Shown here: positions 40,041 through 48,762 of the stretch, in pieces
How positions within the stretch are numbered: the stretch's first letter is position 1
Layout: each line of letters opens with the position of its first letter
The notes under the pieces: generated by a model
Database searches by the model: none
Told to the model about the DNA's origin: nothing
Seen by the model: only the letters and a program-made list of their open reading frames with translations
Origin: Rhodospirillales bacterium
GTDB lineage: Bacteria; Pseudomonadota; Alphaproteobacteria; ATCC43930; CGMCC-115725
DNA: 64,000 nt
Direction: 5' to 3'
NCBI GenBank assembly: GCA_028288725.1
Contig: JAQGIC010000101.1
Span: 1-64,000 of the forward strand
Position numbers and translations under genes: made by a program

Positions 40041-40383
40041 GCCAATCGCGTCGTCGAGTAAAAATGCCGCGCCCCCAGCTATCGAGGCCGGGACGCAAGC
40101 ATGATGCATGTGGAGAATGGAGCGGTGGTCGGGCAGAAAACGTCCGCGAATTTCACGGCAGCAAGCCAGCCCTCACGGGGCATGACGTATGACCTAGACC
40201 ACTCAACGTCACCATAGGTAAGAGGCTGAGCAGGAGTCAAGCTGTCGGGCAGCAACCTTGCATGCCCGCGCCGCCGCGCAACAGTCCGCGCAGCGAGCGC
40301 TCCAAACGTGGCGTCAGCACGGACGATGAAGGCAGCCGCCTGTCCCTTATCCGTCCGAATACCAAGCTCCGATAAGCCCGGAG

Positions 40384-41232
40384 CTAGCGGCTGTGTGCCT
40401 GGGCCGTGCCGTTAACCATGCCGAGACTGGCAGCGTCCAGGGACGTGTCCAGAGAGAGGGCAGTCAACTCATAAGCCCGGCGAAAATCATCCATGTGCTT
40501 ATGCATCCAGGTGCGGGCACCGGCCGGGTCGCCGGCGGCGAGGCAGTTGTAGATGTAGCGGTGGGCGTCGAATACGCGCCGATAGGTCTTGAGCCGCGGC
40601 AGGATGATCCGGCCGGCCGGGATGAACAAGGAGGTCACCGGTTCATGGGCGAGCGCCATCACCCGATTGCCGCAGACATTGGCCAGTATTTCATGGAACG
40701 CCCGGTCGAGCGCGACGAAGCCGTACACGTCGGCCGGCGCGCCGCTATCGATGCGCGCGACTTCGGCCTCCATGGCGTCGAGGTTGCGGGACAGTTCGCC
40801 CAGGCCCTTCTCGTCGATATGCCCGGCCGCCCGCTCGGCGATGGCGGGCTCGAGCACCATCGAGGCCTCCCATAATTCCCGAAACGTCACCATGTGCAGG
40901 ATCAACGCGCGACTGGCCGACGAGGCGAGATCCAGGTAGTGCGGCATCGAGATACGGGGCCGTTTTCCGCCGTCGCGCTCGACCAGGCCGCTCTGCTCCA
41001 ACAGCCGGATCCCCTCGCGCACCGTCGACCGGTTGACCCCGAACTGCTCGGCCAACTGCAATTCCGCCGGCAGCGGATCACCGACGCGCAGGCGCCCCGC
41101 CAGAATCTCCCGTTCTATGGCGTCATAGACCAGACGATAGGCCGGCGCGCGCTCGATCCGGCTGAATCCATGTTCCTGCACGACCGGTCCTTGGCTGCTT
41201 CTGTGGATTGGCAAGTTAGCTCTTTCTGCCAC
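40384..41232 (-). CDS. GntR-family (FadR/FCD subfamily) transcriptional regulator
   Basis: wHTH YRLVYDAIEREILAGRLRVGDPLPAELQLAEQFGVNRSTVREGIRLLEQSGLV plus an all-helical FCD-like C-terminal domain. GTG at 41232 is the most upstream start; the true start is uncertain. Confidence 0.85.
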   Translation of the reverse strand: MAERANLPIHRSSQGPVVQEHGFSRIERAPAYRLVYDAIEREILAGRLRVGDPLPAELQLAEQFGVNRSTVREGIRLLEQSGLVERDGGKRPRISMPHYLDLASSASRALILHMVTFRELWEASMVLEPAIAERAAGHIDEKGLGELSRNLDAMEAEVARIDSGAPADVYGFVALDRAFHEILANVCGNRVMALAHEPVTSLFIPAGRIILPRLKTYRRVFDAHRYIYNCLAAGDPAGARTWMHKHMDDFRRAYELTALSLDTSLDAASLGMVNGTAQAHSR

Positions 41233-41269
41233 CGCTCGCCGCTCTCTTGACGGCGCCGTCGCCGATGAT

Positions 41270-41302
41270 ACAGTGTTTGAAACTGTCCGACAAACGGACT
41301 GT
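41270..41302. promoter_or_regulatory. Interrupted inverted repeat in the GntR / crotonase divergent region (operator candidate)
   Basis: ACAGTGTTTG-N11-CAAACggACTGT. The ACAGT/ACTGT and GTTTG/CAAAC arms were read directly. Lies about 30 nt upstream of the proposed crotonase GTG. Confidence 0.3.
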
Positions 41303-41330
41303 TGGCCCGTATGAGGCCGGGAGGAAGCGC

Positions 41331-42128
41331 GTGGGCGAGGCGATTGGCGAGGCCAATGTCACGGTCGGTTCGGAGGGCCCTATCGCCCGTCTGACCTTGA
41401 CGCGTGCCGACAAGCTCAATCCGCTGGACTGGGCGACGGTGCGCGAACTGAAGGATGCCGTCGCCGCGATCGAGGCGAAGTCGGAGGTTTACGCCGTCAT
41501 CATCACCGGCCGGGGGCGGAGCTTTTCGGCGGGCGGAGATCTCGACGGCTACATCGGTCTCTATCGCCAGCCGGAAAAATTCGCGCTCTTCCTCGACGAT
41601 TTCCATCGGATGCTCGGCGCCATCGAAGCGTCGTCCAAGATCTATATCGCCGCCATCAACGGCGTCTGCGTCGCAGGCGGCTTGGAACTGCTGCTGGCCT
41701 GCGATCTCGTCGTCGCAGCCGCGTCCGCGAAGATCGGCGATGGCCACCTGAATTTCGGCCAACTGCCGGGCGCGGGAGGCTCGCAACGGCTGCCGCGTGC
41801 GGTCGGCCTGTTGCGCGCAAAGCACCTGATGCTGACTGGCGACCTATTGAGCGCGGAGCAGGCGCAGCAGATCGGTCTGGTCAACGAAGTGGTGGCCGAT
41901 GGCGAGCTGGAGGCCGCGGTGACGGCGCTCGCGACACGTCTCGGCGACAAGAGCCGCGTCGGGTTGCGCGGGGCAAAACACCTCGCGAACCTGACGCTGA
42001 CGACCGACCTCGAAACCGGTCTCAAACGGGAAATCGACTTCGTCCACCGCTATGCGACGACCCAGCGCGATGCGACCGAAGGGCTGGTCGCGTTCAAGGA
42101 AAAGCGCCGCCCGGTGTTCTCGAGCTGA
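41331..42128 (+). CDS. Enoyl-CoA hydratase/isomerase (crotonase) family protein
   Basis: ARLTLTRADKLNPL, ITGRGRSFSAGGDL, AAINGVCVAGGLELLLACD. GTG at 41331 lies 6 nt after GGGAGGAAG; the track ORF begins at 41247. Confidence 0.85.
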   Translation: MGEAIGEANVTVGSEGPIARLTLTRADKLNPLDWATVRELKDAVAAIEAKSEVYAVIITGRGRSFSAGGDLDGYIGLYRQPEKFALFLDDFHRMLGAIEASSKIYIAAINGVCVAGGLELLLACDLVVAAASAKIGDGHLNFGQLPGAGGSQRLPRAVGLLRAKHLMLTGDLLSAEQAQQIGLVNEVVADGELEAAVTALATRLGDKSRVGLRGAKHLANLTLTTDLETGLKREIDFVHRYATTQRDATEGLVAFKEKRRPVFSS

Positions 42129-42146
42129 TCGAAGGAAGCAACCTCC

Positions 42147-43304
42147 ATGTACTCGCTGCGGGATAAATACGCGATCGCCGGCATCGGCTGCACGGCGTTC
42201 TCGAAGAACTCGGGCCGGACGGTGCGCAGCCTCGCCTCGGAGGCCAGCCTCGCGGCCATCAACGATGCCGGCTTGAAGGTCGCGGACGTGGACGGGTTCG
42301 TGAGCTTCAATTTCAATGATTCGGTCCCGGCGATCTCGGTCGCGACCGAGATCGGCGTGCCCGACGTCCGCTACGCCAATGATTTCCTGAGCGGCGGCAA
42401 TGCCGCCAACATGATCGTGCTGACGGCCGCGGCCGTCATCGAGGCGGGACTGGCCGAGACGGTCGTGTGCTATCGCGCGATGAACGGCCGATCCGGCTTC
42501 CGTCTGGGCGGCGGCAGGGACCTGTCGGCCCATGGCATCACGCAATTCACCGCGCCGTTCGGCTGGATCACCTATCCCCAGGCGATGGCGATGTGGTGCC
42601 GTCGGCATATGATCGAATACGGCACGACCGCCGAACAGCTGGGTGAGATCGCCGTGACGTTCCGCGGCAATGCGGTCGACAATCCGCGCGCGATGCAGCG
42701 CGAGCCGATCACGCTCGACGATTATATGGCGTCGCGGATGATCGTCGATCCGTTCCGCATGCTCGACATCTGCCTGGAAACCGATGGTGCCTGCGCGGTC
42801 GTCGTGACGAAGGCCGAGCGGGCGCGTGATCTGAGGCACAAGCCGGTCTATATCGCCGGCGGCGCCTACGGCGGCGGCCCGAACCAGGGCGAAGACCTGT
42901 TCGATGCGCTTCGCTGGCCCGACCATTCGCATAATTACGCAAAATACATCGCCGACGATCTTTGGCGCAGCGCCGGGATGGGCCCGGCGGACATCGACAT
43001 GGCCCAGATCTACGACTGCTTCACCTATAGCGTCCTCATGCAGCTCGAAGGGCTCGGGTTCTGCAAGGAGGGCGAAGGCGGATCGTTCATCGGCGGCGGC
43101 CGCATCGCCCGCGACGGCCCGCTGCCGCTCAATACCCACGGCGGCCTGCTCTCGGAAGGCTACATCCATGGGCTCAATCACGTGCTCGAGGCGGTCCAGC
43201 AGCTGCGGGGCGATGCCGGCCCCCGGCAGGTGCCCGGTGTCGAAACCTGTCTGACGACGGCCGGCGCAATGACGTGCGGCAGCGCCATGGTGCTGAGGAG
43301 CTGA
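42147..43304 (+). CDS. Thiolase-like (SCP-x / lipid-transfer type) protein, DUF35-partnered
   Basis: AIAGIGCTAFSKNSGRT, NTHGGLLSEGYIHGLNHVLEAVQQLRG (thiolase-fold C-terminal half). Immediately followed by a DUF35 gene. Confidence 0.8.
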   Translation: MYSLRDKYAIAGIGCTAFSKNSGRTVRSLASEASLAAINDAGLKVADVDGFVSFNFNDSVPAISVATEIGVPDVRYANDFLSGGNAANMIVLTAAAVIEAGLAETVVCYRAMNGRSGFRLGGGRDLSAHGITQFTAPFGWITYPQAMAMWCRRHMIEYGTTAEQLGEIAVTFRGNAVDNPRAMQREPITLDDYMASRMIVDPFRMLDICLETDGACAVVVTKAERARDLRHKPVYIAGGAYGGGPNQGEDLFDALRWPDHSHNYAKYIADDLWRSAGMGPADIDMAQIYDCFTYSVLMQLEGLGFCKEGEGGSFIGGGRIARDGPLPLNTHGGLLSEGYIHGLNHVLEAVQQLRGDAGPRQVPGVETCLTTAGAMTCGSAMVLRS

Positions 43305-43306
43305 GA

Positions 43307-43723
43307 ATGAGCTATGCAAAGCCGCTACCGGTCCCCGACGTCGAGACCCGGCCGTTCTGGGATGGCTGCCGCGAAGGCAAGCTGCTGCTGCAGCGCTGCA
43401 CCGACTGCGGCCACAAACGGTTCCCGCCGACGCACTTCTGTCCGAACTGTCGCTCGGCCGGGCAGGAATGGGTCGAGAGTAGCGGCCATGGCCGCGTATT
43501 CAGCTGGATCGTGGTGCGCCACCCGGTCCCGCGCGACATCTATGCCGGCGAGGTGCCCTATGTCGTCGCCCTGGTGACGTTGGACGAGGGCGTGCGCATC
43601 GCCACCAACATCATCGGCTGCGCGCCGGAGGCGGTGACCGCGGACATGCCGGTCCGGGTCACGTTCCGCGAAGCGACACCGGAAATCACGCTCCCCCTGT
43701 TCGAACCGGCACCGGCATCATGA
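43307..43723 (+). CDS. Zn-ribbon + OB-fold protein (DUF35 family)
   Basis: FWDGCREGKLLLQRCTDCGHKRFPPTHFCPNCRS (rubredoxin-like CxxC...CxxC) followed by the OB-fold YVVALVTLDEGVRIATNI. SD GAGGAG precedes the ATG at 43307. Confidence 0.85.
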   Translation: MSYAKPLPVPDVETRPFWDGCREGKLLLQRCTDCGHKRFPPTHFCPNCRSAGQEWVESSGHGRVFSWIVVRHPVPRDIYAGEVPYVVALVTLDEGVRIATNIIGCAPEAVTADMPVRVTFREATPEITLPLFEPAPAS

Positions 43724-45156
43724 TGAATCCCGGTTCGCAAGACGCGGCACTGCGCGACGCGCGACAGGTTCCCTTCATGGAATCGTCGCGGCTCGCCAGC
43801 TTGGCTGCGTTGTCGCGAACCGAACTCGAAGCGCTGCAGCTTCAGAAGCTGCGCCGTCAGCTGACGCGGCTCCATCGGACGAGCGCCTATTATCGCCGCC
43901 GCATGGACGATGCGCATATCGAGCCGGAGAACCTCCGCTCGCTTGACCTGTTCTTCGATCGCTTCCCGTTCTCGACCAAGGCCGATTTCCTGACCGACCA
44001 GACTGCCTATCCGCCCTTCGGCGAGCGGCTGGGCATCGATCGGCGGCAGGTGGCGCTGGTCAATATGACGGGCGGCACGTCGGGCCAGGGGCAGGAGATC
44101 TACGGCCGCAGCCAGCACGACGTGCATATGCAGGGCTACCTGCACGCGCTGCCCTGGTTCCTGGCCGGTCTGCGTGCCGGCGACCTCGCCATCAATTGCG
44201 TGCCGGCGGGCGGCATGACCACGGGCGGCTGGGGACCGGGCGAAGGCCTGCGCATCATCGGCGCGACGGCATTCCACGTCGGCGGCTCGCTCTCGACCGA
44301 CGCGAAGATCGATCTGATGCTGAAGATCGGCGAGGTCAATTTCATCTACGCCTCGACCAACTATCTTCACACGCTGACCGAAGCCCTGATGCGCCGGGGA
44401 CTGGAGCCGGCCCAGGCGTTTCCGACCCTGCGCACCCTGTTCATCGCCGCCGAGGGCTACCCGATCGAATGGGCCGAGCGGATCGAGGCCCTGTGGGGCT
44501 GCCGGCTGCAGGAGGGCTACGGCAGCACTCAGTGCGCGGGCTTCGGCGCATCGACCTGCGCGGACGGCGCCCTGTCGGCGACGGGCGGCCGCGGGCTCAT
44601 GTCCCTGTTCGAGTGGGAAAGCTTGATAGAGGTGCTGGATCCGGTGACGCTGAAGCCGGTGGCGTCCGGCGAAATGGGCGAAATGGTGGTGACCAATCTG
44701 TCGATCGAAGGGTCGCCGGTGATCCGGTTCCGAACGGGCGACGCAGCCCGTTTCGTCTCGTATCGCGACACCGCTTCGGGACGCGCCTGGAATGCCATAG
44801 AATGCGGCACGATCGGCCGGTTCGACGATATGATGAAGATCCGCGGCAACAACGTATGGCCATCGGCGGTCGATGCCGCGGTGTTCTCGCACGGCGAGAT
44901 CGTCGAATATGCCGGCCGGGTCTTTACGAGCGTCGACGGCAAGACCGAAGTCGAAGTGCGCCTGGCGCTGTCCGAAAGCGTCGCCTCCTGCGACCCGGAT
45001 GCCTGCCGGCAGCTTATCGAAAGGGTTCGGACCTCGATCAAGGAACGAACGAACGTCTGGATGACGGCGGTCGTCTGCGCCCGCAGCGAACTGCCGGAGT
45101 TCAGTTACAAAGCTCGCCGCTGGATGGACGAGCGACAACAAGGCTATCGCCTATAG
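43720..45156 (+). CDS. Phenylacetate-CoA ligase-like adenylate-forming enzyme (PaaK / F390 synthetase family)
   Basis: NMTGGTSGQGQEIYG (P-loop-like AMP motif), EGYGSTQC, FRTGDAARF, MMKIRGNNVWP (the family-typical KxRG). ATGATGA overlap with the DUF35 stop. Confidence 0.8.
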   Translation: MMNPGSQDAALRDARQVPFMESSRLASLAALSRTELEALQLQKLRRQLTRLHRTSAYYRRRMDDAHIEPENLRSLDLFFDRFPFSTKADFLTDQTAYPPFGERLGIDRRQVALVNMTGGTSGQGQEIYGRSQHDVHMQGYLHALPWFLAGLRAGDLAINCVPAGGMTTGGWGPGEGLRIIGATAFHVGGSLSTDAKIDLMLKIGEVNFIYASTNYLHTLTEALMRRGLEPAQAFPTLRTLFIAAEGYPIEWAERIEALWGCRLQEGYGSTQCAGFGASTCADGALSATGGRGLMSLFEWESLIEVLDPVTLKPVASGEMGEMVVTNLSIEGSPVIRFRTGDAARFVSYRDTASGRAWNAIECGTIGRFDDMMKIRGNNVWPSAVDAAVFSHGEIVEYAGRVFTSVDGKTEVEVRLALSESVASCDPDACRQLIERVRTSIKERTNVWMTAVVCARSELPEFSYKARRWMDERQQGYRL

Positions 45157-45167
45157 GGAGGCGTCTT

Positions 45168-45362
45168 TTGAGGAACGCCAATCACGCCACGGGTCCGTCC
45201 GAGCGCGACTATCAGATCCTGTCGCGCATGCTGTCGGATGCCGAAAGCCTGTGCCGCACGCAGGATGCGCTGCTGGTCGGACAATATAGCCATCTGCACG
45301 GCCGCATCGCGGCGCTTGTGGAGCTGACGGCGCCCATCGAGGGTGACGAGGCCCGCCCATGA
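45168..45362 (+). CDS. Small hypothetical protein (64 codons)
   Basis: TTG at 45168 lies 6 nt after GGGAGG. The frame stays open to a TGA that forms an ATGA overlap with the next SDR gene. No recognisable motif. Confidence 0.35.
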   Translation: MRNANHATGPSERDYQILSRMLSDAESLCRTQDALLVGQYSHLHGRIAALVELTAPIEGDEARP

Positions 45363-46132
45363 GCCGGCTCGCGGGCAAGGTGGCGCTCGTGACGGGCGGC
45401 GGCTCCGGCATCGGCCGGGCGGTCGCCGAACGCTTCGCCGCCGAGGGCGCCAAGGTCGTGATCGCCGATATCGCGGAGGATCGCGGTCGCGCGCTCGCCG
45501 ATCGCATCGGCCCGGCCGCGGCTTTCATTCGCTGCGATCACACCGCCAGCGACGACGACGCGCGCGCGGTCGCCTTTGCAGTCGATCGGTTCGGCGGCCT
45601 CGACATCGTCCATAACAACGCCGGCGGCCCGTTCGCCGGCGCGTTCGAGGAGGTCGACGACGCGACGATGGAGCGGGTGCTGCGCGTCAACCTGTTCGGC
45701 GTCATGCAGATGGCCCGCGCCGCCCTGCCGGCGCTGCGCGACAGCGCCAAGCGCCATCCCGCCGGTGCGGCACTGCTCTTCACCTCGTCGCTGCAGGGGC
45801 TGAAGGCGAAGCCGAACTTCAGCCTCTATACCGTGGCCAAGCACGGCATCGTGGGACTGGTCCGCAGCCTGGCGCTCGAGCTCGCTCCGCAGAATATCCG
45901 CGTCAATGCGCTTTGTCCGACGGTGATCGAGACCCCGATGCTGCAGGCGTTCCTGCCTGGCATGGCGGCCGATCGCGAGGAAGCGCTGCGACGGTTCCGC
46001 GCCACCATCCCGCTGGAGCGCATGCCCGAGCCCGAGGATGTCGCGAACGCCGCCCTGTTTCTCGTCTCTGACGAAGCCCGCATGATCACCGGCGTCGCCT
46101 TGCCCGTCGATGGCGGCCAGATGGCGATGTGA
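45359..46132 (+). CDS. SDR-family oxidoreductase
   Basis: TGGGSGIGRA, NNAG, YTVAKHG (YxxxK), P-T-VIETPM. Confidence 0.9.
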   Translation: MSRLAGKVALVTGGGSGIGRAVAERFAAEGAKVVIADIAEDRGRALADRIGPAAAFIRCDHTASDDDARAVAFAVDRFGGLDIVHNNAGGPFAGAFEEVDDATMERVLRVNLFGVMQMARAALPALRDSAKRHPAGAALLFTSSLQGLKAKPNFSLYTVAKHGIVGLVRSLALELAPQNIRVNALCPTVIETPMLQAFLPGMAADREEALRRFRATIPLERMPEPEDVANAALFLVSDEARMITGVALPVDGGQMAM

Positions 46133-46136
46133 CCCC

Positions 46137-46907
46137 ATGAGCATCCGCACTTTATTCGGCCTCGAAGGCAGCGTCGCCGTCATCACCGGTGGCGGTGGCG
46201 GGATCGGCAGCGCCGCCGCCGTCGCCCTGGCCGAGGCTGGCGCCGATATCGCAGTCGTCGGGCGCAATGTCGCGAAGCTCGAGGACACGGCCGCTGCGAT
46301 CGGGAAGACCGGTCGCCGGGCGCTGGTCATCGAATCGTCCGTGACCGACGAAGCCTCGGTCGAGGCGGCACGCGACAGGGTCGTGGCCGAATTCGGCAGG
46401 GTCGACATCCTGTTCAACAATGCCGGCATCACCTCGCCGAAGCTGCTGACCGACATGTCGGTCGACGAATGGCACGCGGTGCTGGAGGTCAATCTGACCG
46501 GCGCCTTCCTGTGCTCGCGCGCCTTTGCGCAGCCGATGATGGCGCGGCGCCACGGGCGAATCATCAACATGGGATCAATCCTGTCCGGGCGCGGCATGGC
46601 GACCCGCACCGCCTATTGCGCGTCCAAGGCCGGACTGGCGAATTTCGGCTCCGCTCTCGCCTTCGAACTCGGTCCCTACGGCATCACGGTCAACACGATC
46701 GGGGCGACGGTCATCGTGACCGATCTCAATCGCGACCTGATCCGCACGCAGCCGCATCTCTACGACAAGGTCCTTGCCCGCTCCGCCCTGGGGCGTTTGG
46801 GCGAGGTCGAGGACGTCACCGGCGTGCTCGTCTTCCTCGCCTCACCGGCCGCCGGCTTCGTGACGGGGCAGACCCTGTACGTCGATGGCGGCTATACGGC
46901 CGGATAG
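46137..46907 (+). CDS. SDR-family oxidoreductase
   Basis: ITGGGGGIGSA, NNAGI, YCASKAG (YxxxK). ATG at 46137 chosen. Confidence 0.9.
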   Translation: MSIRTLFGLEGSVAVITGGGGGIGSAAAVALAEAGADIAVVGRNVAKLEDTAAAIGKTGRRALVIESSVTDEASVEAARDRVVAEFGRVDILFNNAGITSPKLLTDMSVDEWHAVLEVNLTGAFLCSRAFAQPMMARRHGRIINMGSILSGRGMATRTAYCASKAGLANFGSALAFELGPYGITVNTIGATVIVTDLNRDLIRTQPHLYDKVLARSALGRLGEVEDVTGVLVFLASPAAGFVTGQTLYVDGGYTAG

Positions 46908-46918
46908 GGGACGGTATC

Positions 46919-47767
46919 ATGCTGATTCAGCTGCTGAATGGCGTCGTCTACGGCGGGCTCCTGTACCTGCTTTCCGTCGGCCTGGTCCTGATCTTCGGCC
47001 TGCGCCAGGTGGTCAATTTCGCCCACGGCGCCCTGTTCATGATCGGCGCCTATATCGGCTATTCGGTCGCCGCCGCCGGGTCCTGGTGGGGCGGGCTGGT
47101 CGTGGCGGTGGTCGCGATGGCGATTGCGGGCTGCGTCCTGGATGCGACCTTGTTCCGGGCGCTGCGGAAGCAGGATCATATCGTGACGGTGCTCGTGACC
47201 TTCGGCCTGCTGCTGATCCTGGAGACCCTGGTGACGGTGATCTGGGGCAAGGCCTATCTGCGCTATCCGATGCCGGACCTGCTGTCGGGCACCGTCGATA
47301 TCGCGGGGTCGCCGTTTCCGGTCTACCGGCTGTTCGTCATCGTCGTCAGCATCGTCGTCGCCCTGTCGCTGGCCTCGTGGCTGCGCTTCACCCGCATCGG
47401 GCTCTACGTGCGCGCCGCCAGCACGGATGCCCGGGTCACGTCGATCCAGGGCATCAATGTCGATCGGCTGAGCCTGATCGTCGTCGGGCTGGGCACGGCA
47501 CTGGCCGGCCTGTCCGGCGTCGTCGCCGGGCCGCTGCTGAGCCTGTCGCCGACGATGGGCAACTATATCCTGATCGATTCCTTCATCGTCGTGGTCATCG
47601 GTGGCATGGGCAGTTTCGGCGGCGCCTTTGTCGCGGCCCTGCTGATCGGCCAGATCCATAATTTCGGTGCGATCTATCTGCCCTGGGCCGGAACGATGCT
47701 GCCTCTGCTGCTGATGGTCGGCGTCCTGATCTGGCGGCCGACCGGCCTCTCGGGAGCGCGCACGTGA
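46919..47767 (+). CDS. Branched-chain-type (LivH-like) ABC transporter permease
   Basis: MLIQLLNGVVYGGLLYLLSVGLVLIFGL...VNFAHGALFMIGAY, the standard LivH-family N-terminus; about 8 TM helices. Confidence 0.85.
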   Translation: MLIQLLNGVVYGGLLYLLSVGLVLIFGLRQVVNFAHGALFMIGAYIGYSVAAAGSWWGGLVVAVVAMAIAGCVLDATLFRALRKQDHIVTVLVTFGLLLILETLVTVIWGKAYLRYPMPDLLSGTVDIAGSPFPVYRLFVIVVSIVVALSLASWLRFTRIGLYVRAASTDARVTSIQGINVDRLSLIVVGLGTALAGLSGVVAGPLLSLSPTMGNYILIDSFIVVVIGGMGSFGGAFVAALLIGQIHNFGAIYLPWAGTMLPLLLMVGVLIWRPTGLSGART

Positions 47768-48762
47768 CGGTCGCCGCGGGCGATGTCGCCCCCCGCGTGA
47801 AAACGCGGCGCGGCACCCCGCTTCTGCTCGTATTGGGGGTTGCGGCCCTGGTCGCGGGTTTCACCCTGCCGTGGATCGCCCCTTCGAAGGTCGCGATGTC
47901 GCTGATGGCGCAGTCCCTGTTCGACGCGCTGCTGGCGACCAGCGTCGGCTTCCTGGTCCGGCAAAACGGCCGGGTCAGCTTCGGTCAGGCGGCATTCTTC
48001 GGCCTTGGCGGCTACGTCTTCGCGATCCTCGTCGCCCGCTCGCTGGTGACGCCGGAGGTCGCGCTGGTCCTGGCGCTCGCCGTTCCGACCCTCGTAGCCT
48101 TCTTGTTCGGACTGGTCGTGGCACGGGTTACCGGCGTCGCCCACGCAATGCTGACGCTCGCGATCGGACAGGCGCTTTACGAGATCGCCTTTCGATGGCG
48201 CGAACTGGCGAAGGGCGACGACGGCATGTCATTCGATCTGCCCGCCCGCCTGTTCGGCCTGCCGACGCGCGGACTGCAGGATCCGGCCGTCATGGTCGTG
48301 CTCGCCTGGTCGATCCTGGTCGTGGCTCTGCTGGGCCTGAAGTTGTTTTCACAGAGCCGCACGGGCCAGATCGCCGCCGCGATCCGGGACAATGAGGAAC
48401 GGGCGCGCTTCATCGGCTTCTCCACCACCCTGCCGCGGGCGCTGGTCTATGCGATCGCCGCTCTCATCGCCGCCATCGCCGGCACCCTGCAGGCGACCTA
48501 CAACGGCTACATCGCCCCGCAGATGTTCCATTGGAGCCTGTCCGGCGCCGCCCTGGTGATGGCCATCGTCGGCGGGGCCAAGTTCATCGTCGGGCCGGCG
48601 ATCGGCGCCATCGTCCTGTTTTACATCAAGGATCTCGCCGGCCAATTCGCCGAATATTGGCCGGCGATCGTCGGCACCGTGCTGGTGGTCGTGACCCTGG
48701 TCATGCCGGAGGGGATCGTCGGCCTTATCAAGCGTATCGGCGGGCTGGGGCAACGGCGATGA
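47764..48762 (+). CDS. LivM-like ABC transporter permease
   Basis: GRVSFGQAAFFGLGGY, multiple TM helices, GTGA overlap with the LivH-like stop. Confidence 0.85.
   Translation: MTVAAGDVAPRVKTRRGTPLLLVLGVAALVAGFTLPWIAPSKVAMSLMAQSLFDALLATSVGFLVRQNGRVSFGQAAFFGLGGYVFAILVARSLVTPEVALVLALAVPTLVAFLFGLVVARVTGVAHAMLTLAIGQALYEIAFRWRELAKGDDGMSFDLPARLFGLPTRGLQDPAVMVVLAWSILVVALLGLKLFSQSRTGQIAAAIRDNEERARFIGFSTTLPRALVYAIAALIAAIAGTLQATYNGYIAPQMFHWSLSGAALVMAIVGGAKFIVGPAIGAIVLFYIKDLAGQFAEYWPAIVGTVLVVVTLVMPEGIVGLIKRIGGLGQRR

Noticed and set aside
40041-40383. Cobalamin or SAM riboswitch in the leader of the TusA/DsrE/MetE-like cluster.
   Set aside because: I read the minus-strand leader and found no B12-box-like (GCCACTG-type) core and no SAM-II-like AAAGCU pseudoknot elements. 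A covariance-model scan would be needed to exclude it formally.
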